NCBI GenBank assembly: GCA_937907645.1
Contig: CALCWV010000065.1
Span: 1 to 51,291 of the forward strand
DNA from: an uncultured Clostridia bacterium
GTDB lineage: Bacteria > Bacillota > Clostridia > Christensenellales > UBA1242
Direction of reading: 5' to 3'
Length of the DNA stretch: 51,291 nucleotides
Below, one piece after another: positions 9,044 to 18,063 of this stretch. The notes beneath the pieces were generated by a model. That model searched no databases, was not told the DNA's origin, and worked only from the letters and a program-made list of their open reading frames with translations. The position numbers were made by a program, and so were the translations under genes. Every line of letters starts with the position of its first letter. Position 1 is the first letter of the stretch.

Positions 9044-11149
9044 TTGTCAAAAGAAGAAGCGCTCAAGTATGAGCAGGAGCAATATCCGATAATTAAAAGA
9101 CAATTAGAAGATAATCATAAAGAAGTTTTGCGACTTTATGAGATTGCTTGGAAAAGCTGGGACAGAGATCCCGAAAACCACGACGGTGCGCCGAGTGGAA
9201 TCATGGAAATGTATGAGGAGCTGATTCGAAATTACAATCGAAATCAGGATGCACCATACTTCGCGAGGATCATCTTTCAAGAAGATGACAGCGATGAGGT
9301 GACAGATGTATATATCGGAAAGATAGGATATGTCGACCTAAAGAGCACGAAGCTGATTGACTGGAGAGCTCCGATAGCGGATTTATATTATAACGCACCG
9401 CTAGGCAAAGCTTCATATGAAACTTCGATGTTCTATGAAAACCCTCTCATTGATTTAAAGAAGAGGATCGACGGAACGCTGTCACTAAAAAGACAGATCA
9501 GAATTGAGGACAACAAAGTCCTAGAGTTATATGACTTTCAAAACACTGTTTCAACAGACGAATTTCTAAAGCCATATCTAACAGAATCGGCAGATAATCG
9601 ACTAAAGAACATTGTTTCGACTATCCAGCAGGAGCAAAACGAGATTATAAGATTCCCGCTCAACAAAAACACAATTGTGCAGGGAGTTGCGGGATCAGGA
9701 AAGACAACAGTTGCGTTGCATAGACTTTCGTACTTAATGTACAACTACAAAAAATACATTAAAGCGAAGGATTTTATGATAATCTCGCCAAATCAGGTCT
9801 TTATGAGCTACATCTCAAATCTACTAATTGACCTCGATGCCGATCAAGCCTACAGCTACAGCTTGGAAAACATTTTCAAAGAATACACGAAAATAAGAAG
9901 GAATGTACTTGCAAAGCATGAACAGTATGAAAAACTTGAGGAGAGAAGAGTAAATCCCGACTACTTAAGGTTCAAAGGCTCAAAGGAGTTTATAGAAGTA
10001 ATTGATTCCTATCTTGAGGACCTATATAAAGACATCTTCTGCAAAGATCTGAAGATTGAAGGAATAAAAGTCCTTGGCAAAGAGCAAATGTACGATTACT
10101 TCAAGGCAGTTCGACTGAAATGGCTATATCCTTCGTTCGACGCGTGGGTTGGAAAAGTAGTCTTCGACATGAAGATAAACACAGAGCTCACAGATAAGAT
10201 AGAACAGAATTTAAAAGATGAGGATGTTCCGTTTGCCACAAGGCTTTTCATAATGAGAACTCTGCAAAGGCAAGGACTATCGAAGTACTTAAGAAAGTTC
10301 ATGCCAAGTGGACTGACACCTCTGAAGCTATATGTGAACCTCCTAAAACATATAGAAAAATACACGAATTACAAGTGGAGTGTCACGCTCAAAGAGGAAA
10401 CACTTGAAAACTTAAACAGAGGAGTGATTTCTTATGAGGACATGTTCCCGCTAATATATTTACAATACAAATTAGAAGATATAAGAGAATATGACAATAT
10501 AAAACACGTCTTTATCGATGAAGCACAGGACAATTCCTACTTTGCTTACTACGTTTTAAGACAGATATTCCCAAATGCCTATTTCTCAATCTTCGGCGAC
10601 CTCGCGCAAGGATTATACTCCTATCAATCAATAGATAGCTGGGATGAAATAGCTGGCATCTTCGAGAACTCGTCGCAGCTTCCACTCAACAAGAGCTACA
10701 GAACGTCGATAGAAATTATGGAAGAGGCGAATAAGACATTGGAAAAACTTGGAATGACCAAAGCAAGCAATGTTGTAAGACACGGCGAAGAGGTCGAAAG
10801 AAGAAAGGGAATTCCAAGAGATGTAGTGCTTCAGGAAATAAAAGAGATGCGAGAAAAAGGATACAAGACGATAGCAGTTATCTGCAAGGATAAGCGTGAG
10901 CTTGCGAGAGCAAGTATGCTCCTCAGTGATTGCAACCTTCAAATTCTCGACGAAAAGAACTCCAACTACGATGAATTACAAGTTGTACTTCTCACAGTGC
11001 AAACGGCGAAGGGACTCGAGTTCGACGGAGTGATAATCTTCGACGAAGATAGTTTCGACGACAGCGAAAAGCTTGATTTAAAACAGCTGTTTGTTGCAAA
11101 GACAAGAGCTTTGCACAAGCTTTATCTAAACGCAGTAAGCGTCAATTGA
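9044..11149 (+). CDS. helD: HelD-type UvrD-like helicase (helicase IV / RNAP recycling ATPase)
   Basis: N-terminal YFARIIF...DWRAPIADLYY signature. Walker A GVAGSGKTT, FIDEAQD, SYRTS and TAKGLEFDGVII motifs. TTG start behind an AAGGAGG RBS. Confidence 0.8.
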   Translation: MSKEEALKYEQEQYPIIKRQLEDNHKEVLRLYEIAWKSWDRDPENHDGAPSGIMEMYEELIRNYNRNQDAPYFARIIFQEDDSDEVTDVYIGKIGYVDLKSTKLIDWRAPIADLYYNAPLGKASYETSMFYENPLIDLKKRIDGTLSLKRQIRIEDNKVLELYDFQNTVSTDEFLKPYLTESADNRLKNIVSTIQQEQNEIIRFPLNKNTIVQGVAGSGKTTVALHRLSYLMYNYKKYIKAKDFMIISPNQVFMSYISNLLIDLDADQAYSYSLENIFKEYTKIRRNVLAKHEQYEKLEERRVNPDYLRFKGSKEFIEVIDSYLEDLYKDIFCKDLKIEGIKVLGKEQMYDYFKAVRLKWLYPSFDAWVGKVVFDMKINTELTDKIEQNLKDEDVPFATRLFIMRTLQRQGLSKYLRKFMPSGLTPLKLYVNLLKHIEKYTNYKWSVTLKEETLENLNRGVISYEDMFPLIYLQYKLEDIREYDNIKHVFIDEAQDNSYFAYYVLRQIFPNAYFSIFGDLAQGLYSYQSIDSWDEIAGIFENSSQLPLNKSYRTSIEIMEEANKTLEKLGMTKASNVVRHGEEVERRKGIPRDVVLQEIKEMREKGYKTIAVICKDKRELARASMLLSDCNLQILDEKNSNYDELQVVLLTVQTAKGLEFDGVIIFDEDSFDDSEKLDLKQLFVAKTRALHKLYLNAVSVN

Positions 11150-11305
11150 CACCGGTACGCCGCAAGTCTCGACTTGAAGACTATCAAATATCCTTCGTAT
11201 TACGAATATATTACTTTCGTTCATAAAATAACCAACGAAAAGTGTCAATGGCTGCCCGTGGAAGAAGTTATTATTTTATTTATATCAAGCGAAGTTAGTA
11301 CAAAT

Positions 11306-11432
11306 AAAAAAGGATAGTACATGGACTATCCTAAATCGCAGCTATATGCCAGCAGAAAGGTTAAAGCTGATGCAGCCTGAGGTTTCGTGCGGCAAATTGT
11401 TTTATTTGAAAAATTGGATGAAATGCAAGGCT
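11306..11432 (-). ncRNA. Shortened variant of module M1 (copy D) with terminator
   Basis: The minus strand reads GCCTTGC...CCGCACGAAA...TTCTGCTGGCATAT followed by terminator AGGATAGT/ACTATCCT plus T-run (11306-11332). It lies 3' of rplL in the same orientation. Confidence 0.35.
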
Positions 11433-11434
11433 CA

Positions 11435-11488
11435 CTGTTCAGCACAGGCAGGAGTTTAGCTCTCTAAATGACTGTCTGGGCTGAACAG
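11435..11488 (+). repeat. H-module hairpin with tandem GA/GA internal loop
   Basis: CTGTTCAGC-a-CAGGCAG-GA-GTTTAG-ctct-CTAAAT-GA-CTGTCTG-g-GCTGAACAG. Related copies are at 31559-31598, 32056-32095 and, inverted, 31291-31320. Confidence 0.6.
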
Positions 11489-11534
11489 TAGCAAACGCAG
11501 CAGTTCGCCAATTTTTCAAATAAAAAAACAAAAA

Positions 11535-11560
11535 GCAAGGAAGAGATCCTTGCTTTTTTT
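11535..11560. terminator. Terminator downstream of rplL
   Basis: GCAAGGA/TCCTTGC stem flanked by an A-run and a T-run. Confidence 0.75.
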
Positions 11561-11591
11561 GAAACACAAATTATTATTAGTAAAATTTAAA

Positions 11592-11963
11592 TTATTTAAG
11601 TTCAACAACAGCGCCAGCTTCTTTAAGCTTAGCTTCCATTTCTTTAGCTTCTTTTGTAGGAACAGCTTCTTTAACTGTCTTAGGTGCTCCATCAACAAGA
11701 GCTTTAGCTTCTCCAAGTCCAAGACCTGTGATTTCTCTAACGATTTTGATAACAGCAATTTTGTTTGCTCCAACTTCCTTAAGAACAACGTTAAATTCTG
11801 ATTTTTCTTCTGCAGCGGCAGCAGCTCCTGCAGCAGGTCCAGCAACAACTGTAGCAGCAGCAGCTGAAACTCCAAATTTTTCTTCAATAGCTTTAACAAC
11901 TTCGTTTAATTCAACGACTGTCATGTTTTCGATTTCTTCTAAGAATTTTTCTTTATCAAACAT
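11592..11963 (-). CDS. rplL: 50S ribosomal protein L7/L12
   Basis: [19 protein letters not shown], an Ala-rich hinge, and [15 protein letters not shown] 11963 sits 8 nt after GGAGG, whereas the ORF track starts at 11978. Confidence 0.92.
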   Translation of the reverse strand: MFDKEKFLEEIENMTVVELNEVVKAIEEKFGVSAAAATVVAGPAAGAAAAAEEKSEFNVVLKEVGANKIAVIKIVREITGLGLGEAKALVDGAPKTVKEAVPTKEAKEMEAKLKEAGAVVELK

Positions 11964-12023
11964 TTTTTTATCCTCCATTTGATTGTTTTTTTAATTTTTT
12001 TATTTCGTTTATTATTTTAATTA

Positions 12024-12512
12024 TTATGCTTTTGCTTTCGCAACTTGATCTAAGCATACTGCAAGTCCACGAACAGGGCTCTGTAGTAAGTATACAAGTT
12101 TTGTAAGAAGAACTTCTTTTGATGGGATGCTAGCAAGTGTTTTGATCATTTCTGCATCAACAACAGCTCCGTCAGTAACTCCACCTTTGATTTCCATCTT
12201 CTTTGTTTTTTCGATTGTGTCAGCAAGGATTTTGCAAGCTGAAACTTCATCGTTATAACTAAATGCAACAGCGTTTGTTCCTTCGAAAATGCTTTCGCAA
12301 CCTGTGTATCCAAGTTCGTTCAAAGCACGAAGAACAAGTCTGTTTTTGTAAACTTTGTAATCACAGCCATTCTTTCTGAACTCAGCACGCATTGCAGTAT
12401 CTTCTGCAACTGTTAAACCGCGATAATCCACAAAAGCAACTGTCTTTGCCTTAGAAATTTTATCTTTAATTTCTTCGACAACAACTTTCTTTGCTTCTAA
12501 ATTTGCACTCAT
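12024..12512 (-). CDS. rplJ: 50S ribosomal protein L10
   Basis: The L10-like sequence begins at MSANLEAKK. AAGGAGA RBS. The upstream 36 codons of the tracked ORF lie in the leader. Confidence 0.92.
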   Translation of the reverse strand: MSANLEAKKVVVEEIKDKISKAKTVAFVDYRGLTVAEDTAMRAEFRKNGCDYKVYKNRLVLRALNELGYTGCESIFEGTNAVAFSYNDEVSACKILADTIEKTKKMEIKGGVTDGAVVDAEMIKTLASIPSKEVLLTKLVYLLQSPVRGLAVCLDQVAKAKA

Positions 12513-12680
12513 CTTTGTCTCCTTTTTATAATTTTGTGTTTCAAGCAAAATAAAATCTCTACGCCATAAGGAAAGGCATAGAGATTGGAAGAATCTATAT
12601 ATACACCTTATCCTCGGCAAGTTTACGTTAGTAAGTTATGCTTTCGCACTTGCTGTCTATGGAAAGACTTTATTTTACGT
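12513..12680 (-). promoter_or_regulatory. rplJ 5' leader, probably the L10(L12)4 autoregulatory leader
   Basis: About 165-nt untranslated leader between a consensus promoter and rplJ. The assignment rests on position and known Firmicute biology. I did not verify the structure. Confidence 0.45.
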
Positions 12681-12685
12681 TGTTT

Positions 12686-12714
12686 ATTATATATAAAAAA
12701 TAGCGCCATGTCAA
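12686..12714 (-). promoter_or_regulatory. Consensus sigma-A promoter of rplJ-rplL
   Basis: On the minus strand: TTGACA (12714-12709), 17-nt spacer, TATAAT (12691-12686). Confidence 0.8.
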
Positions 12715-12781
12715 GTGATTTTGCGAAAAAATACAACAAATTTTTTAGAATTATGATATAATCGTTTAGGAGGATAAAAAT

Positions 12782-12985
12782 ATGTGTTTAGCTGAGTTTT
12801 CCAAGAATTTAAAATTAATGCTAAGTGAAAAGGGAATGAGTCAATCGGATCTTGCTAGGGCAATTGAAACGACGCCGACAGCTATTACATATTGGGTGAA
12901 TGGCGTAAAAGAGCCAACGCTAAGCAATATTTATAAGATAACAAAAGCACTCGATTGCACCTTTGAAGAATTGATTGAAAAATAG
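12782..12985 (+). CDS. XRE-family helix-turn-helix transcriptional regulator (67 aa)
   Basis: MSQSDLARAIETTPTAITYWVNG HTH motif. AGGAGG RBS. TGATATAAT extended -10 at 12754-12762. Confidence 0.8.
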   Translation: MCLAEFSKNLKLMLSEKGMSQSDLARAIETTPTAITYWVNGVKEPTLSNIYKITKALDCTFEELIEK

Positions 12986-13049
12986 ATGTATTAGATTGAC
13001 TTTTACAGATTAAAATGATAAACTGGGAGCATAATTTAAGGAGAAAATA

Positions 13050-15470
13050 ATGTCAGAGTTTAATTTTAAAGAAGTAGAAGCAAAATGGTGTAAATATTGG
13101 GAAGATAATAAGACTTTTAAGACAGATATAAGAGATTTTTCTAAACCTAAGTATTATGTTTTAGATATGTTCCCTTATCCTTCCGGACAAGGACTTCATA
13201 TCGGTCACCCAGAAGGATATACTGCGTCAGATATAGTTGCAAGAATGAAGAGGATGCAGGGATACAACGTTTTGCATCCAATGGGCTATGACAGTTTCGG
13301 GCTTCCTGCAGAGCAGTATGCTATTAAGACAGGAAATCACCCTGGAAAATTCACAGAGCAATGTATTGAAAATTTCACAAGACAGCTCAAAATGCTCGGC
13401 TTTTCATATGATTGGGATAGGATGATATCAACTTGCGATCCTTCATATTATAAGTGGACACAGTGGATTTTCAAACGTATGTATGAAGACGGACTCGCAA
13501 AATATAAAGACATGCCAGTTAACTGGTGCGAAGAACTAGGAACAGTTCTTTCAAACGATGAAATTATTGATGGAAAGAGTGAAAGAGGAGGCTTCCCAGT
13601 TGTAAGAAAGAACCTTAAACAATGGGCAATGGACACTCCAAGATATGCAGACAAACTATTGAAGGGACTAGATGGCTTAGACTGGCCTCAATCAACAGTT
13701 GAAATGCAAAAACACTGGATTGGCAGAAGCGAGGGTGTCGAAGTAGAGTTTAAGACAAACTTTGGACAAAAATTTAGAATTTTTACAACATGTATTGAAA
13801 CAATTTATGGAATTACATTCATGGTGCTTGCTCCAGAAAGCGATATTGTTTCAAGCATGAAATCTAAGATCAAAAACTGGACAGAAGTAAAAAAATATAT
13901 TGACGAAACGGCAAAGAAATCTGACCTTGAAAGAGGGGAATTAAATAAAGGAAAGACAGGAGTTAAGCTTGAAGGAATCAAAGCAATTAACCCTGTGAAT
14001 GGCAGAGAAGTCGATGTTTACATCGCTGACTTTGTCATCGCTTCCTATGGAACAGGCGCTGTTATGGCAGTTCCAACGCACGATCAGAGAGATTTTGAGT
14101 TTGCTCTCCAACACAACATTCCAATGATTCAAGTGATTGAAGGAAGAGATGTTTCAAAGTGTGCTTTTGAAAAGCAGGATTATCTTGGAAAAGGCTGCAA
14201 GCTCATGAATTCTGAGGAATTTACAGGCCTCACTGTTGAACAGGCAAAGGTTGCTATTACTGACAAGCTTGTTAAACTCGGAGTAGCAAAGAGAACAGTC
14301 AACTATAGACTTAGAGATTGGATCTTCGCTCGTCAGAGATATTGGGGAGAGCCAATTCCAGTTATACATATGGAAGATGGCACGATAAAACTTGTTGACG
14401 ACAAAGATCTTCCACTTATCCTTCCAGCTCTAGATGATTACAAAGCTAAAAACGGCAAGGCTCCTCTTGACAACAATCAAGATTGGGTCAACGTAACAAT
14501 TGACGGCATGAAAGGGAAGAGAGAAACAACAACAATGCCGGGCGCTGCTGCATCAAGCTGGTACTTCTTAAGATATATCGATCCAAATAACGACGAAACA
14601 TTCTGCGACTATGAACTTATGAAACACTGGATGCCAGTTGACCTATATATCGGCGGGGCAGAGCACGCAGTTGGACACTTGTTGTATTCAAGATTCTACA
14701 ATAATTATCTCTATGATAAAGGACTTGTTCCATATGCGGAGCCAGTTAAAAAATTAGTTCATCAAGGCATGATCCTTGGCGAAAACAACGAGAAAATGAG
14801 TAAGAGCAGAGGAAATGTCATTAATCCTGATGACATTGTAGCTGAATTTGGAGCAGACACACTCAGACTTTATGAAATGTTTATGGGTGCATTGCAAGAT
14901 GCAAAGCCTTGGAACACGAAGAACATAGACGGCTCAAAGCGTTTCTTGGACAGAGTTTGGAGATTATATAACGACGAAAACAAAATCCAAGACAAGCCAA
15001 ATGCAAACTTGGATAGAGTATATCATGAAACAGTTAAGAAGGTTACAACTGACTATGAAACTCTTAACTTCAACACAGCAATAAGCCAGATGATGATCTT
15101 TATCAATGCTGTATATAAAGAAGATGTATTCCCAAGAGAATATGCAGAAAACTTTATTAAACTTCTTAACCCAGTTGCACCATTTATCACAGAAGAGATT
15201 TGGTCAACAGTTTTGGGACATAAAGAATCAATCGCTTATGCAAAGTGGCCAACATATGACGAGAAGTATCTTGCTAGAGATAGCGTAGAAATGGCTATTC
15301 AAGTTAACAGCAAGATAATCACAAGAATGGACATCGGCACTACTTGGGATAATGCAAAAGTTCTTGAAGAAGTAAAGAAAAACGACAAAATTTCTTCTCT
15401 TCTTGCTGGAAAACAGATTGTAAAAGAAATTGTAGTTCCTGGAAGAATTGTGAACATCATTTGTAAATAA
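13050..15470 (+). CDS. leuS: Leucine--tRNA ligase
   Basis: HIGH motif (LHIGHPEGY), KMSKS motif, and a CP1 editing domain. 806 aa. Confidence 0.95.
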   Translation: MSEFNFKEVEAKWCKYWEDNKTFKTDIRDFSKPKYYVLDMFPYPSGQGLHIGHPEGYTASDIVARMKRMQGYNVLHPMGYDSFGLPAEQYAIKTGNHPGKFTEQCIENFTRQLKMLGFSYDWDRMISTCDPSYYKWTQWIFKRMYEDGLAKYKDMPVNWCEELGTVLSNDEIIDGKSERGGFPVVRKNLKQWAMDTPRYADKLLKGLDGLDWPQSTVEMQKHWIGRSEGVEVEFKTNFGQKFRIFTTCIETIYGITFMVLAPESDIVSSMKSKIKNWTEVKKYIDETAKKSDLERGELNKGKTGVKLEGIKAINPVNGREVDVYIADFVIASYGTGAVMAVPTHDQRDFEFALQHNIPMIQVIEGRDVSKCAFEKQDYLGKGCKLMNSEEFTGLTVEQAKVAITDKLVKLGVAKRTVNYRLRDWIFARQRYWGEPIPVIHMEDGTIKLVDDKDLPLILPALDDYKAKNGKAPLDNNQDWVNVTIDGMKGKRETTTMPGAAASSWYFLRYIDPNNDETFCDYELMKHWMPVDLYIGGAEHAVGHLLYSRFYNNYLYDKGLVPYAEPVKKLVHQGMILGENNEKMSKSRGNVINPDDIVAEFGADTLRLYEMFMGALQDAKPWNTKNIDGSKRFLDRVWRLYNDENKIQDKPNANLDRVYHETVKKVTTDYETLNFNTAISQMMIFINAVYKEDVFPREYAENFIKLLNPVAPFITEEIWSTVLGHKESIAYAKWPTYDEKYLARDSVEMAIQVNSKIITRMDIGTTWDNAKVLEEVKKNDKISSLLAGKQIVKEIVVPGRIVNIICK

Positions 15471-15476
15471 AGAGAG

Positions 15477-15506
15477 CATCCTACTTTTATAGTAGGGTGT
15501 TTTTTT
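15477..15506 (+). terminator. Intrinsic terminator of leuS
   Basis: 9-bp stem CATCCTACT/AGTAGGGTG followed by a T-run. Confidence 0.8.
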
Positions 15507-15694
15507 AGAAATAGCAGTCCCAAGTATTTTGTTTATCTGAAAAAAACGAAGATATAGCTTTCTTTTTAAAGGCCTATACACAAATATTCTTTTTGTATAA
15601 CGGACATATTTTCGAGGATTTTTGAATATTATGTAATAATATGCAAAATTTGTAACAATATTTATAAAAATGTATAATTATGCATAATAAATGG

Positions 15695-15723
15695 TTGACA
15701 ATGGGAGAAATGTGTGTTATAAT
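15695..15723 (+). promoter_or_regulatory. Consensus sigma-A promoter
   Basis: TTGACA, 17-nt spacer ending in TGT, TATAAT. Confidence 0.75.
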
Positions 15724-15750
15724 ATCTGTGAATTTTAGAGGAATAATTAA

Positions 15751-16707
15751 ATGAAGTTTAAAAAACTCAGATATAATATAATTGTAGTAGGTTTAATCGC
15801 AATAGTATCCTGTTGCGTTGCTTTTCCGTTAATTGTAGGCGGAGGAAATTCGACTAACCAAGGTCAGATTGATGACCCAGGGATTGAAGATCCAATTGAT
15901 GACCCAATCGACGATCCAATTGACCCAGAAGATCCAGATGATAGCGACGACGAAGATGAAGACGACGGATTTGAATATTATAAAGCTATTGATCTTATTG
16001 ATTATTCAGTTAAGCTATTGTATAGCGGGAAAGGATATAGCAGCACATATACACAAACTTGCTTGAATACAGCAGATGCTGTTGGTGCTAAGATTACAGT
16101 CCCTCAGTACAGTAAAGGGAAGATCACAAGAAGCGGAAACAAATCTTTACAAGAAACTTATCTATGGAGCACTTATTCAGAAATTGGAGCAGATCAAACA
16201 CAAAATTTCTTCCAATTCTACTACACAGATAAAGACAATGATAAATTTATTGATGGTTCAACAGCAAATTACAATAAAGACGCAATGACCTATGATGCAT
16301 CATCTTTACAATATAACGAGATGTCATATGCCGATGGAATGAATAAGTGGTTAGTTCTTTATGGCGATAGCTTTCCAGTTAAGACAACAAAAAAAGATAC
16401 AATTTATTCTGACAAAACATCTGGAAATTACAGAGAAATTAAGGTTATCTATGATGTAAAGAATCTTTCAAAAAATGTTAAAGAATTTTTTGGATCAACT
16501 GGCCAGATGACAGATATCAATTACACTGGATTAGAAATGGTCTATAAGATTAATATCAAAACTGGAAAGATGTACTCAGTGACAAGAATAGAGAAGTTGA
16601 GCGGGAAGGCAGCTGGATTTAATGCAGTAACCTCATGTACAACAAAGCAAACATTCACAAGTGTTGACAAAGAACAAGACATCAAAGTCCCAGGAAGAAA
16701 TGCTTAA
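15751..16707 (+). CDS. Secreted or membrane-anchored hypothetical protein with an acidic DPIDDPID repeat linker
   Basis: 318 aa with a GAGGAA RBS. It has an N-terminal hydrophobic segment followed by a D/P/E-rich tract. Confidence 0.7.
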   Translation: MKFKKLRYNIIVVGLIAIVSCCVAFPLIVGGGNSTNQGQIDDPGIEDPIDDPIDDPIDPEDPDDSDDEDEDDGFEYYKAIDLIDYSVKLLYSGKGYSSTYTQTCLNTADAVGAKITVPQYSKGKITRSGNKSLQETYLWSTYSEIGADQTQNFFQFYYTDKDNDKFIDGSTANYNKDAMTYDASSLQYNEMSYADGMNKWLVLYGDSFPVKTTKKDTIYSDKTSGNYREIKVIYDVKNLSKNVKEFFGSTGQMTDINYTGLEMVYKINIKTGKMYSVTRIEKLSGKAAGFNAVTSCTTKQTFTSVDKEQDIKVPGRNA

Positions 16708-16718
16708 TGAAAAATAAA

Positions 16719-16746
16719 AAGAGGTTTTAAATTGCCTCTTTTTTCT
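16719..16746 (+). terminator. Intrinsic terminator
   Basis: AAGAGG/CCTCTT stem followed by a T-run. Confidence 0.65.
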
Positions 16747-16876
16747 TTGTCTTATCTGCTTTTTGTTTAGCATTATTTTTTTGTTAGAAAATAGAAAAGG
16801 GAAGAAGAGAAGTAGAATAGAAATTTTGATTAAGAAAAGTTTTCATAAACACAGATTTTTTATCTTTTAATCAAAT

Positions 16877-16906
16877 AAAAAAACTCAATCTGAGATTGAG
16901 CTTTTA
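16877..16906. terminator. Terminator downstream of the minus-strand membrane protein gene
   Basis: CTCAATC/GATTGAG stem flanked by an A-run and a T-run. Confidence 0.7.
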
Positions 16907-16916
16907 TTTTTTTAAA

Positions 16917-17945
16917 TTAATTCTTTGATCCGTTTTCTAATTGACCAAGGATTTCGTTCAATGATTTGATAAAATCTGATTCTTCTTCAGCTGGAGTTTC
17001 TTTCTTTTCTTCAGCAGCTGGTTTAGCTTTAACTTCTGTAGCTTCAGCTTCTTTGTTCTTTGGTTTTCTGCCTCTTTTCTTTGGAGCAGGTTTAACTTCT
17101 TCAACAACTGGAGCAGCTTCTTCAGCCTTTGGCTCTTCTTTAACTTCTTCTACAACAACTTCTGCTTCTACAACAGGTTCTTCAGCTGGAGTTTTTACAG
17201 CAGCTTCCTCAACTGGAGCTTTAACTGGAGCTTCAACTGGAGCTTCTTCATGTTTTCCCGTTTCAACTGTGTTTGTGTTTTCTTTTACTAATTCAGCAAT
17301 GATGTCATCAAAAGTAACTTGCTTTTCGTTTTGCTCTTCTACAGGTGCAGCTGCTTCTTCAGTAGTTTCTTCTGTTGCTTCTGTAGCAACTTCCTCTGTT
17401 GTTTCTTCAGCTGTTTCAGGAGCAACTTCTTCTGCAACTTCTTTTTTTTCTTCAACAACTTCTTGCGCAGGTGTTTCAGCTACTTCTTCAACTTTTTCTT
17501 CAGCTGGCTCTTCGATAACGTCATCGATGATCCCTTTTAAATTAGATAAATCTTCTTCAACTTTTGCAAGGTCTTCAACTAATTCTTCCTTGCTTTTTTC
17601 ATCTTCTTTAACAGCCTTTCTTTCAGCTCTCTTTGGAGATGTTTCGATTGCTTTTGCTACAAAGTATACAATTGCAACAACTGCAGCTGCAACAACCATT
17701 GAGATGATGATTGCCAAAGCTTCTTCGTTGGCAAAAGTTTTTGTGATGCTGAGTCCAGCAAGTAACCACATTGCTAATGCAACAAAAGGTAATGCTCCAA
17801 GGCAAGTGAATTTGCCCCAAGCGTTTTTCAAGGTATCTTTCTTATAGATTACAAAGAAGATTCCTGCTACTGCTAAAACTGTGAAAGTAATAGCCAAAAT
17901 TAAAGATGTAAGTGTTAATGAACTTAATTGATTGAAATCTATCAT
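16917..17945 (-). CDS. Membrane protein (three predicted TM helices) with a long E/A/V/K-rich low-complexity tail
   Basis: ATG 17945 follows GGAGGAAGAAAAA, whereas the tracked ORF starts at 17981. The large antisense ORF is a low-complexity artefact. Confidence 0.7.
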   Translation of the reverse strand: MIDFNQLSSLTLTSLILAITFTVLAVAGIFFVIYKKDTLKNAWGKFTCLGALPFVALAMWLLAGLSITKTFANEEALAIIISMVVAAAVVAIVYFVAKAIETSPKRAERKAVKEDEKSKEELVEDLAKVEEDLSNLKGIIDDVIEEPAEEKVEEVAETPAQEVVEEKKEVAEEVAPETAEETTEEVATEATEETTEEAAAPVEEQNEKQVTFDDIIAELVKENTNTVETGKHEEAPVEAPVKAPVEEAAVKTPAEEPVVEAEVVVEEVKEEPKAEEAAPVVEEVKPAPKKRGRKPKNKEAEATEVKAKPAAEEKKETPAEEESDFIKSLNEILGQLENGSKN

Positions 17946-18048
17946 TTTTTCTTCCTCCATACTCTGCCGATATTCTATCATACTTGATTTATTTTGTCAA
18001 TATCAAAATGCAAAAAAAACGATATTTTATTTTGAAAAAAAATTTTTT

Positions 18049-18057
18049 TGATATATA
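18049..18057 (+). promoter_or_regulatory. Extended -10 element (TGATATATA) 7 nt upstream of the ATG
   Basis: TG at 18049-18050 and TATATA at 18052-18057. The ATG A is at 18064. There is no SD and no good -35. Confidence 0.4.
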
Positions 18058-18063
18058 CTATAT

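Noticed and set aside
9044-11149. The UvrD-like helicase next to repeats as a defence-system helicase.
   Set aside because: The N-terminal YFARIIF...DWRAPIADLYY signature and overall layout fit housekeeping HelD, and no partner nuclease or other defence gene is adjacent.
12513-12620. An N-terminal 36-codon extension of the rplJ ORF.
   Set aside because: The L10 homology and a strong RBS begin at ATG 12512. The extension lies downstream of the mapped consensus promoter and corresponds to the untranslated leader.
12782-12985. The lone 67-aa XRE regulator as an antitoxin or prophage repressor remnant.
   Set aside because: There is no adjacent toxin-like ORF and no phage, integrase or repeat boundary. 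It is flanked by rplJ and leuS with their own promoters.
12986-13049. An expected T-box leader upstream of leuS.
   Set aside because: Only 64 nt separate the XRE stop codon from the leuS start, and no T-box core (GGTGGTACC) or terminator is present.
16966-17847. A 293-aa plus-strand ORF antisense to the membrane protein gene. Similar antisense ORFs occur at 1728-2015, 23161-23643, 24736-25210 and 11516-11982.
   Set aside because: These are S/T/A/F-rich translations of the reverse strand of E/K/A-rich low-complexity coding sequence. They have no RBS and fully overlap better-supported genes.
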